From positions 291-64,290 of the IMG/VR virus record IMGVR_UViG_3300002124_000001: a stretch of DNA of 64,000 bases. The stretch is one strand, 5' to 3'. Within the stretch, counting starts at the first letter, position 1. Every line of letters starts with the position of its first letter. The stretch comes from a virus (Duplodnaviria > Caudoviricetes). Under the pieces are notes generated by a model, which was given only the letters and a program-made list of their open reading frames with translations, was not told where the DNA came from and ran no database searches. Of this stretch, positions 1-6,828 are shown piece by piece. Made by a program: the position numbers and the translations under genes.

Positions 1-175
1 TGCCGACGGGCTCGCGCGATCTGCCGTGCGCCGACGTGCCGCTTACGGTTGCGCTCCCACGTCTCGGCCGCGTGCTTCTCAGCCGCGTCCACCCGCTGAC
101 GGCGTGTCGTGCCTGTCGCGATGTCGTAGGCGCGATCGAAGTAGTTCACGAGCCGTTCGGCGATGGGCTTGTCCA

Positions 176-322
176 TCACCAGACTCCACGCTCTGACGGC
201 ATCGGCTGTTCGTCCTCACGCTCGTGACGACTCAACCGCGACCCGCCGTAGATCGCCAGCGCACCGAGCACGGCCGCGAACCCGACGATGATGAGTCCCG
301 CCGTCACGATGATCCAGAACAT
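176..322 (-). CDS. small single-TM protein (48 aa)
   Basis: Read manually as MFWIIVTAGLIIVGFAAVLGALAIYGG...; start overlaps the upstream stop; below the ORF-track cutoff. Confidence 0.45.
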   Translation of the reverse strand: MFWIIVTAGLIIVGFAAVLGALAIYGGSRLSRHEREDEQPMPSERGVW

Positions 323-648
323 CACCGGCCTCCTGCGAACATGTCCGCGCCTTCAAGTTGCAACGCTGGGCCACGTCGACTGCGAGGCACCAACGCCAGC
401 GCCTGCGCGGGCTCGCAAGCCTCGAGCGGCGCTTGCCGGCGCTTCGCGATGAGCGCCTCGAGATCGGCATCGGTAAAGCGCCACTCCGCCCGTGTCCGAA
501 TCCCCTTGCTCCGTGGATCCCGCTCGCCGCGCGAACTCACATCGACCGCCGCGAGCTGCTTCGCCTTGATCAACTTGTCCACCGTGGAGCGCGACACCCC
601 GAGGACGGCCATGGCGTAGTCGATCGTGCGGAGCGGCTGAAGACTCAC
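322..648 (-). CDS. excisionase/MerR-like HTH DNA-binding protein
   Basis: LRTIDYAMAVLGVSRSTVDKLIKAKQLAAV...WRF fits the HTH_17/Xis-like pattern. Confidence 0.7.
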   Translation of the reverse strand: MSLQPLRTIDYAMAVLGVSRSTVDKLIKAKQLAAVDVSSRGERDPRSKGIRTRAEWRFTDADLEALIAKRRQAPLEACEPAQALALVPRSRRGPALQLEGADMFAGGR

Positions 649-782
649 TTGCGCCTCCAGCGAGAAAGCGAAAGACGCGCCTGAGCGATCAGCACCACGA
701 CGCCGAGGACGACGAACGATGCGAGCGCCACGATCGCGGCTGCTTGCGCGAGGGCGATCCCGTAGTCGCGCATCAGCCTCAC
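645..782 (-). CDS. small TM protein (45 aa)
   Basis: Hydrophobic stretch AAAIVALASFVVLGVVVLIA; GTGA overlaps at both ends. Confidence 0.45.
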   Translation of the reverse strand: MRLMRDYGIALAQAAAIVALASFVVLGVVVLIAQARLSLSRWRRK

Positions 783-1207
783 TCGCTCACCGCCATCAGG
801 TCACCGACCGCGTCGAGCAGCCGACGGATCGCGGCACGGCCGAAGCCGAACCGCGCGTTCATCGTTCGATGGAGAGCGATATGAAAACCGATCGGCAACC
901 GCAACATCTGCGCGAACGACGGTTGCTCTCGGTATTCCGGTGAGCGCCACTTCGACACCAGCGGCGCACCGACGCCGAGCAGGATGCCGACTTCCTTCGA
1001 GGAGATTCCCGCGAGCGTCAGCGCGCCGTCGAACAACTGCGCGCTGAGAATGTCCGCCTGATCCGCCGTGACGTCGCCGTCCGACGAAACAAAGTTTCGC
1101 AACTCGGCGGTCTGCGAAACCTTATTTCGCACGTCGGCAGTCTGCGAAACATTCGGTAGCAGACTCGGCGGGAGGTTCAACTGACGATCAGTGGACGATG
1201 ACTTCAC
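779..1207 (-). CDS. CII-like phage regulatory HTH protein
   Basis: HTH-like ISSKEVGILLGVGAPLVSKW; lies directly after the Cro-like gene. Confidence 0.5.
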   Translation of the reverse strand: MKSSSTDRQLNLPPSLLPNVSQTADVRNKVSQTAELRNFVSSDGDVTADQADILSAQLFDGALTLAGISSKEVGILLGVGAPLVSKWRSPEYREQPSFAQMLRLPIGFHIALHRTMNARFGFGRAAIRRLLDAVGDLMAVSE

Positions 1208-1425
1208 GGTGCCACCGCCCCATCGGCCTGCGGAACGAGATCGGCCACGGTGACATCAAGCGCGCGGGCGATCTTGCGCTTCATGTCGTCGTCAGGTTCA
1301 AAGTACGCCGTCTCCCACGTCGAGAACGTGGCCTGAGAGACGCCAACCTCCTGCGCCAACGTCATCTGCGAGATCCGACGCTCGGCCCTCAGCACCCGAA
1401 GGCGGTTCGTCTTCCAAGCACTCAT
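1204..1425 (-). CDS. XRE-family HTH regulator (Cro-like)
   Basis: LRVLRAERRISQMTLAQEVGVSQATFSTWE is a canonical XRE HTH; 73 aa, no peptidase domain. Confidence 0.9.
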   Translation of the reverse strand: MSAWKTNRLRVLRAERRISQMTLAQEVGVSQATFSTWETAYFEPDDDMKRKIARALDVTVADLVPQADGAVAP

Positions 1426-1462
1426 GTGTGATGAGTATCCACATTACATGAGTGCTTGTCAA
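1415..1462 (-). promoter_or_regulatory. sigma70 promoter of the Cro-like gene with a 12-bp inverted-repeat operator
   Basis: TTGACA (1462-1457), 17 bp, GATACT (1439-1434); CAAGCACTCATG (1415-1426) and CATGAGTGCTTG (1447-1458) are perfect inverted repeats 20 bp apart. Confidence 0.8.
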
Positions 1463-1495
1463 TAATGATTAATCAGGTTTGGTAAGTGGTTACAG

Positions 1496-1552
1496 GACTT
1501 AGGATCTGGTGGCCGTGAGGTCGTGCGGGTCCGACTCCCGCCTTTCGCACCA
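1496..1552 (+). other. attP-like core: 3' half of tRNA-Leu(TAG)
   Basis: Anticodon loop CT-TAG-GA, long variable arm GGCC-GTGA-GGTC, T-arm GCGGG-TCCGACT-CCCGC, then CTTTCGC-ACCA; no 5' half. Flanked by inverted GTAAGTGGTT / AACAACTTAC motifs. Confidence 0.8.
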
Positions 1553-1631
1553 ACAACTTACGAGTATTGGGTATCCCTAGCGTCTGGTGACTGCCGTAGG
1601 ACGATCCGTGGGAAGTGCTGAGATTTCCCAC

Positions 1632-1660
1632 TTGACATGGAACCTATCGCTTGGTATTAT
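1632..1660 (+). promoter_or_regulatory. strong sigma70 promoter of the rightward operon
   Basis: TTGACA-17 bp-TATTAT; inverted repeat GTGGGAA...TTCCCAC just upstream. Confidence 0.85.
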
Positions 1661-1686
1661 CGTCTCATCAGATAGGGAGAGACGAA

Positions 1687-1968
1687 ATGACCATGACAAT
1701 GACCACGGAGCAAATCGACATTGACATCGTCCATACGGGCTCCGACGAGCACGTACTGACGGCCTACGACCGCGACGGACACCCCATCTGCTCACTCTTG
1801 GCACCGGACCAAGACGTCGTCGGCGACATCGTGGAGGGGATCGATGGTGAGCGCACGGCCACGCTCGCGACCGTGACGATTCCGCTGTCTCGGCGCCATC
1901 GCACTGGGCGCCTTCACGCCGCGCTCTATCATGCCGCGGCAGCGGAATGGCCGATCGATGGCAAGTAA
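1687..1968 (+). CDS. hypothetical protein
   Basis: First ORF after the promoter; RBS GGGAGAG. Confidence 0.7.
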   Translation: MTMTMTTEQIDIDIVHTGSDEHVLTAYDRDGHPICSLLAPDQDVVGDIVEGIDGERTATLATVTIPLSRRHRTGRLHAALYHAAAAEWPIDGK

Positions 1969-2029
1969 GCACCGCGAGCAGAAAGCCGTGGACAACACGT
2001 ACGGCACCGGCAAGCTAGGGAGAGACGAA

Positions 2030-2251
2030 ATGACCATGACACAGACCGCCGCCTACCGCCCCTCAGACTTGGCCACCGCGACAGTCGACGCCCTCCGCGT
2101 CGAGGCTGGCAGTGCTGGCGACGGCGCGACCGTCCGCGACTGCGACGCGGTGCTCTACTGGCTCTCCAGTGGCGCCGCCGCAATGGGTGTCCGATGCCGC
2201 GCCGCCGTCAGGATCGCGCGCATCCTCACAGACGCGGCGGCCCATGAGTAA
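2030..2251 (+). CDS. hypothetical protein
   Basis: Shares the RBS/start block TAGGGAGAGACGAAATGACCATGACA with the previous gene. Confidence 0.65.
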   Translation: MTMTQTAAYRPSDLATATVDALRVEAGSAGDGATVRDCDAVLYWLSSGAAAMGVRCRAAVRIARILTDAAAHE

Positions 2252-2525
2252 GCACCCTGCCGCCGTCACCCTCGGGCGCCGCACAAGCGCCAAGAAAGCC
2301 ATCAGCAGCGCCCAGAACGGCCGCACGGGCGGTCGCCCACGCCTATACCGGCTCGCAATGGGCGATGAGGATGACGTCCTCCAACGCCGCCAAGGCGACC
2401 TGTGGCTGACGCTCCTCCCGCCCTATGAACGCGCGGCGAAAGCAGCCCTAGATCGTCTACGGACATCGCCCGCCAAAGTCGCCGCCGGCCGCAAGGGCGG
2501 CAGGCCCAAAGGGAGGCAGTCATGA
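2244..2525 (+). CDS. basic protein with two AK...GR.GGRP (AT-hook/KGG-like) motifs
   Basis: SAKKAISSAQNGRTGGRP and SPAKVAAGRKGGRP. Confidence 0.6.
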   Translation: MSKHPAAVTLGRRTSAKKAISSAQNGRTGGRPRLYRLAMGDEDDVLQRRQGDLWLTLLPPYERAAKAALDRLRTSPAKVAAGRKGGRPKGRQS

Positions 2526-2737
2526 ATACGTGCTACTGCGACCGGTGTTCGGAGCCCGACCCCATTTGCGAACACGGCGTCTCTACTCACGACGAGGACT
2601 GTCCTACGTGTGCGGCGGTGGCGGACGAGCTATGCGACGAGGAACTCGATCGGCTCCGTGCGGAACTGCGGGTGGTCGACACCCGCCGCAGGGCACTACG
2701 TGACCGGATCGAACATCTCACTGGGGTGCGACCATGA
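2522..2737 (+). CDS. Cys-rich hypothetical protein with C-terminal coiled coil
   Basis: CYCDRC...C..H...CPTC; ATGA overlaps. Confidence 0.6.
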   Translation: MNTCYCDRCSEPDPICEHGVSTHDEDCPTCAAVADELCDEELDRLRAELRVVDTRRRALRDRIEHLTGVRP

Positions 2738-3546
2738 GCCATATGAGCGAACGAGAGATTATGGTGGCAAACGGCGAGGCTTGTCCTTGTTGCCTGAGCG
2801 TGTACCCGGCGCCGACGGCGCATGCGGAAACCGTGACGTGTGGCACTTGCGAATTTGTCAACCAGTTTTCACCCCCAGCGTCCTCCGACGCGGATAACGT
2901 CACCGACAACCCGAAGTCGTGGATTGCGTGGAAGCGTCACGCCGAACGCTTGGTGGAAGAGAGGCGCCAGATCGGCATAGCGATGTTCGGGATGTGCGAT
3001 TGGCTACGCGCGCACGGGCATCAGCCGTTTCCAGGCGAGATACAGCGCTTGATCGCAGCGATTGTGATCGACACGAGCCCGTTATCTGGTGCCGAGATGG
3101 CCCGCTCGTATCAGTTGCTCGCAGAGGGCAAGTTGTCCGACGTGGCTTTGTCGCCAGCGGCCGGCGAGGCTCAGGACGCGAATGCGGTCCCAACGCTGCC
3201 CGACGCGGAAACCGCAGTGGCGGACGAGACGAGATGGCAGCCTATTGATATGACCGGCAAGACGTGCCATCGCGGCCACGAGTCGTATGTGGTCGGGTGT
3301 CGCTGGTGCGTGGCGCTCTGGAAGGCGGCGATTGAGGCGCAAACGGAGAGCCGTGACACTACCCGCCTCGCCGCTCTCTCCGAGTTCAACGGGGAGTTGA
3401 TCGCGCTGGTACGCGCTGCTGTGGCGGTTTTGGTGGAGCACGCGCCGCCTGACGGCTTGACCGACCATGACGCCATGAGTCGGATGTACGGCATTTTCGA
3501 TGGCCCTGAGTATCGCGCCCTCCTCGCCAAAGCGGAGACGCTATGA
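2734..3546 (+). CDS. mosaic hypothetical protein
   Basis: 270 aa, CPCC...CGTC and C..H..C..C motifs; ends RALLAKAETL. Confidence 0.6.
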   Translation: MSHMSEREIMVANGEACPCCLSVYPAPTAHAETVTCGTCEFVNQFSPPASSDADNVTDNPKSWIAWKRHAERLVEERRQIGIAMFGMCDWLRAHGHQPFPGEIQRLIAAIVIDTSPLSGAEMARSYQLLAEGKLSDVALSPAAGEAQDANAVPTLPDAETAVADETRWQPIDMTGKTCHRGHESYVVGCRWCVALWKAAIEAQTESRDTTRLAALSEFNGELIALVRAAVAVLVEHAPPDGLTDHDAMSRMYGIFDGPEYRALLAKAETL

Positions 3547-3785
3547 CCGACAACGAGACGGTGCGCGCGTTGGAGGACGATCCCGATGCGATGTACGACG
3601 AGATGCAACGGCGCGGGCGTGAACGTGACCTCGCGCACCGTCGCGTGCTCGAGCTGGAAACGATCAATGCCGAGTTGATCGCGGCGTTGAAGATGGCACT
3701 GGAGCCGTTCGACAACGACTCCACCGAACGCGAGCGCCGTCGACATATCGTGCGTGCCCTCCTCGCTAAAGCGGAGACCTTGTGA
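3543..3785 (+). CDS. hypothetical coiled-coil protein
   Basis: Also ends RALLAKAETL; ATGA/GTGA overlaps. Confidence 0.6.
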   Translation: MTDNETVRALEDDPDAMYDEMQRRGRERDLAHRRVLELETINAELIAALKMALEPFDNDSTERERRRHIVRALLAKAETL

Positions 3786-3994
3786 CTGAGCCCGGAACCC
3801 TCCAACGGCTCAAGCCGATCATCGACGACATGCAAGCCGCCAGCGATGCTATCGACGAATCGAGCGGCGGCTACGACTACAAGCCGCGGAATGGATGGTG
3901 GCGTGAGATGACTGGACCGAACAAGCCGTGCCGCACGCATCCGACACCGGTTCCGTGGTGTCAGTTCTGTCGTGACGCGGCGAAGAAGCGCTGA
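3782..3994 (+). CDS. hypothetical protein
   Basis: Coupled start; C..H...C..C motif. Confidence 0.5.
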   Translation: MTEPGTLQRLKPIIDDMQAASDAIDESSGGYDYKPRNGWWREMTGPNKPCRTHPTPVPWCQFCRDAAKKR

Positions 3995-4094
3995 GACATA
4001 AATTGTGCAGACCGCAACTCCAGTGAGCGTCAGTAAAGAACAGTGCGAGCCGTAAGCCGATGCGCACCCGCTCCGGCCCGTGACCCAGGAGTAA

Positions 4095-4397
4095 ATGATG
4101 GATACGACCACGCAGATTGCTTGGGTGATTGGTGGCCCGATTGGCCTCATCATGATCGGCTTGGTGATCAGTGAGTTGAGGCGTGGGCCGTCCACTTATG
4201 GCACCACCCAATGCTCGACCTGTGCGGACACGGGGCAATACTGTCTCGCCTGTCAGCAGGTCGCGATCCAAGCCTGCTACGACACGCACGTCGATCAGTT
4301 GCATCATTACGGGTGTCCCGACTGTGCGGCGTGGCCGATCCACATCCCGGCAGTCCGCGAGAGCCAGTGGGCACGCACCTTCCGCAGCCGTAAGTAG
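4095..4397 (+). CDS. membrane-anchored Cys-rich protein
   Basis: N-terminal TM segment, several CxxC motifs, RBS AGGGAG. Confidence 0.6.
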   Translation: MMDTTTQIAWVIGGPIGLIMIGLVISELRRGPSTYGTTQCSTCADTGQYCLACQQVAIQACYDTHVDQLHHYGCPDCAAWPIHIPAVRESQWARTFRSRK

Positions 4398-4408
4398 ATG
4401 ACTCGACG

Positions 4409-4479
4409 ACACTGACCGACTCGCACGGCCGCGCCCCGAAGTATTTCGGTTTCCCAGCACGACCGTACGAATCAATCAG
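4409..4479 (-). ncRNA. G.U-rich hairpin element, copy 1
   Basis: On the minus strand a 23-bp stem with 6 G.U pairs encloses UGGGAAA-CCGAA(AUAC)UUCGG-G; repeated at 5450-5521. Confidence 0.6.
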
Positions 4480-4510
4480 GCTTCACGACCAGGGAGTAGA
4501 ATCAGCACCA

Positions 4511-4801
4511 ATGAACGACGACGCGATCCTGCCAGACGACATCACCGTGAAGCACCTGACTGTGCCCAGCACCGACGCCGAATGGCTGCGCCAACAGAGC
4601 GTGGCGTATGCGAAACGGTTCTCGGTGAGACACGAGGCCGTCGACGCGACGCTGGGAGGAATCCTCGGCGACGAGCCAGACACACAGCGACGGATGGTGC
4701 GCGGCATCGCTCACTACTTCATCGACGACCTCGAAGTATCCCAGGACCAGTTTGAACGAGAGTGGGCTGCTCAGCCGGCGGCCGAGGCGGCGCAACCGTG
4801 A
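4511..4801 (+). CDS. acidic hypothetical protein
   Basis: 96 aa ORF between the two hairpin copies. Confidence 0.6.
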   Translation: MNDDAILPDDITVKHLTVPSTDAEWLRQQSVAYAKRFSVRHEAVDATLGGILGDEPDTQRRMVRGIAHYFIDDLEVSQDQFEREWAAQPAAEAAQP

Positions 4802-5103
4802 GCCGCGTTCCGTGCAAGCGATGCGGACTGATGATTGATCCGAAGGCGTACGGCAATGCCGGGGAGCGATGCCGGAACGTAGCCGCATGTGACCGCCGCG
4901 CCGACGCGCGGAAGCGACTACCCAAGATCGCAAGCGTCGAGCATGACGTTGACGGCTGGTGGGTGGTTCTTAACCCAGGCTGGATTATCCCGAACGACAA
5001 CACGCACGCGGCCGTCGAGGACCGGAAGGCTGATGCGCTCGCGACGGCGCGCCGCGCTGTTCCGTGCGACTGCGACGAGTGCCAAAGGTTGCTCGTCTCA
5101 TGA
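4798..5103 (+). CDS. Cys-rich hypothetical protein
   Basis: CKRC...C....C and CDCDEC; GTGA/ATGA overlaps. Confidence 0.6.
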   Translation: MSRVPCKRCGLMIDPKAYGNAGERCRNVAACDRRADARKRLPKIASVEHDVDGWWVVLNPGWIIPNDNTHAAVEDRKADALATARRAVPCDCDECQRLLVS

Positions 5104-5438
5104 GCGATTCATCAAAGGAAGCCGTGGCCCTCCGCGCGGCGGCTGTGGAATGGACGGATGGCGCACGCGGCCCAGTGCTGGACGCGCATGACAGTGCGGG
5201 CCTGCGCCGTGACAACAAGCTGAAGCGTGCCGCGGTACGCTTCAGCATGACAAAAAAGCGCGGCTACTCAGACGAGTTCCCGACGACCCGCGAGAAGCGG
5301 GTCTACTTCATGCTCGACAAGATCCCCCCAGCGCTGTGGATTCGCGTGAAGGCCAAGGCGAAGCGGGAAGGCGTCTCGCTGCGGACGTTGATTCTCGGTT
5401 GGTGCAAAGAGTGGGTCGAGCCGCCCACTAGCGCCTAA
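5100..5438 (+). CDS. Arc/RHH-like DNA-binding protein (possible internal start at 5247)
   Basis: MTKKRGYS...IPPALWIRVKAKAKREGVSLRTLILGW; paralogue at 44147-44326. Confidence 0.7.
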   Translation: MSDSSKEAVALRAAAVEWTDGARGPVLDAHDSAGLRRDNKLKRAAVRFSMTKKRGYSDEFPTTREKRVYFMLDKIPPALWIRVKAKAKREGVSLRTLILGWCKEWVEPPTSA

Positions 5439-5449
5439 ATCGTTCTTCT

Positions 5450-5521
5450 ACACTGACCGACTCGCACGGCCGCGCCCCGCAGAAATGCGGTTTCCCAGCA
5501 CGGACCGTACGAATCAATCAG
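5450..5521 (-). ncRNA. G.U-rich hairpin element, copy 2
   Basis: Same long stem with a 1-nt bulge; inner hairpin CCGCA/UGCGG replaces CCGAA/UUCGG (compensatory change). Confidence 0.6.
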
Positions 5522-5544
5522 ACTTGCCGTGCTACACTCCACTC

Positions 5545-5672
5545 GTCAGGCTGCGAATTGCGCGGAGGCCTTCGCGCACGTCGTTCGTCTAATAGCTAGG
5601 ACGCGGTTATAGCCGGAGGGCGCCCCCGGCGATCCCGATATGGCGGTGCAATTCCACCACGGCCAGCCTGAC
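5545..5672 (+). ncRNA. tRNA-like small RNA inside a GUCAGGCUG/CAGCCUGAC terminal stem (RNA 1)
   Basis: Extended -10 TG-C-TACACT at 5530-5538; D-arm GUCU/GGAC; T-arm GGCGG-UGCAAUU-CCACC; 5-bp acceptor GUCGU/ACGGC; hairpin where the anticodon loop should be. Confidence 0.6.
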
Positions 5673-5677
5673 AACTT

Positions 5678-5785
5678 TTACCACGCGCTATAGGCTCCTG
5701 ACAGCGCCCAGTAGATCGCCATCCCCAGCGCCAACGCGAGCACACAGTAGGCGATGACGCGATCCACCTGTGTCGGCGTGCTCAC
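5678..5785 (-). CDS. 35-aa TM peptide
   Basis: MSTPTQVDRVIAYCVLALALGMAIYWALSGAYSAW; read manually. Confidence 0.45.
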   Translation of the reverse strand: MSTPTQVDRVIAYCVLALALGMAIYWALSGAYSAW

Positions 5786-5955
5786 TGATGGGGGCACCAG
5801 TACGCATCGACCTCGTGATACCGCCAGCCGTCGTCACTGTGCGAGGTCTGCCGGAACACCTTCCGCTGCCAGATGATGATCGGCGGTGGCACCACGTCAC
5901 CCAACTCGAGCGTGGCCACGATGAACGTCTCGCCTCGGTGCAGCTTGACCGTCAT
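5782..5955 (-). CDS. 57-aa hypothetical protein
   Basis: MTVKLHRGETFIVATLELGDVVPPPIIIWQRKVF...; GTGA overlap with the TM peptide. Confidence 0.45.
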   Translation of the reverse strand: MTVKLHRGETFIVATLELGDVVPPPIIIWQRKVFRQTSHSDDGWRYHEVDAYWCPHQ

Positions 5956-5972
5956 GTGCTAGACTCCTTCTC

Positions 5973-6113
5973 GTCAGGCTGCGGCGTGGATGGACACGCG
6001 CCTCGGTGCAACCCCGGATGCTGGGCGTGGCCAAGAACCCGCCCGGAAGTGGCGCAGTGACTGCTCGGTCTTGGCCATGCAGTCGAGCCGGAATCAAGCC
6101 CGGCCAGCCTGAC
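5973..6113 (+). ncRNA. multi-hairpin small RNA with the same terminal stem (RNA 2)
   Basis: Extended -10 TG-C-TAGACT at 5957-5965; same 5' CUCGUCAGGCUGCG and 3' CGGCCAGCCUGACAACUU as RNA 1; 12-bp internal helix 6025-6036/6069-6080. Confidence 0.55.
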
Positions 6114-6158
6114 AACTTCATCCCCATTCGCCAGCCTCCGGTTTTTGAAATCTCGCCA

Positions 6159-6350
6159 TTAGCCCGCCTTCGCCTCGGCCGCCCGTTTCGCCTGCTGCTT
6201 CTCGACCACGCTCCACACGACGCCGATCACCGTCATCAGCCCACCAATCGCGGCCTGTAGGTCAGAGTCCGAGAGCGTGCCGTTGGTCACGAGCACCCCA
6301 CCGACGGTGGTCAGGATGTGCCGCACGATGCCAAGTACCATGGATCCCAT
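6159..6350 (-). CDS. small holin-like membrane protein, second copy
   Basis: Near-identical protein to the C-terminal part of 8039-8314; two TM segments and a basic tail. Confidence 0.7.
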   Translation of the reverse strand: MGSMVLGIVRHILTTVGGVLVTNGTLSDSDLQAAIGGLMTVIGVVWSVVEKQQAKRAAEAKAG

Positions 6351-6486
6351 CGTTGTCTGCACCTTTCTGTGAATCGCCTTGGCCGGCAGGACGACACGCT
6401 CCTCTACGCAACCAAGGTGATCGCGCTTTCCCAGCGAAGCGTTCCCACCCGCACCGGCCAACTCGTCCGTGCTAGGATTCGCTCAG

Positions 6487-6828
6487 ATGCCCATAGTTCT
6501 TGAAGAACAGCAGATTCAGCGCGCGACATCCTTGATGTTGTCGGACTGGCTGACGCATCACGCTGACTGTGAATCATTCTTTGAACGCACGTGCTCGTGT
6601 GGACTTCAGAACACACTCGCCGTATTGCTGGGCGACGAACCGTATACGATGATGGCCGTCAGAGGTGCCCACGTCGACATCCCGATCTATCGGGAGTTTT
6701 CTGCGAGGGTCCAAGATGCTGTTTCTCCAGTCAAACTCGAAGTCGTCGGCGTCCGTTACCTTGAGATAGGCCGCCCTCGTGTCGTTCGCTTCCAGGGGCG
6801 CCTCATCGTCTTGAGTCGAACCCAGTGA
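6487..6828 (+). CDS. hypothetical protein
   Basis: Preceded by extended -10 TG-C-TAGGAT (6470-6478). Confidence 0.55.
   Translation: MPIVLEEQQIQRATSLMLSDWLTHHADCESFFERTCSCGLQNTLAVLLGDEPYTMMAVRGAHVDIPIYREFSARVQDAVSPVKLEVVGVRYLEIGRPRVVRFQGRLIVLSRTQ

Noticed and set aside
1496-1552. Complete tRNA-Leu gene
   Set aside because: The 5' acceptor strand and D-arm are absent.
3995-4090. Possible ribozyme in the intergenic gap
   Set aside because: Could not build a pistol, twister or HDV-like fold by eye.
4409-5521. Hammerhead ribozyme, c-di-GMP-I riboswitch or integron attC reading of the hairpin repeat
   Set aside because: CUGAUUGA is base-paired and has one extra nt, with no three-way core; the GGGAAACC...GGGGCGC similarity lacks the second GEMM hairpin; no RYYYAAC/GTTRRRY ends and no integron integrase.
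5545-5672. Functional tRNA gene
   Set aside because: Only a 5-bp acceptor stem, no GG in the D-loop, a T-stem mismatch and no 7-nt anticodon loop; kept as tRNA-like.
5545-6113. Y RNA, twister-sister ribozyme, omega/HEARO RNA or CRISPR mini-array
   Set aside because: Helix order does not match the Ro-binding helix; twister-sister core nucleotides are missing; no IscB/TnpB or cas gene; the flanks are inverted, not direct, repeats.
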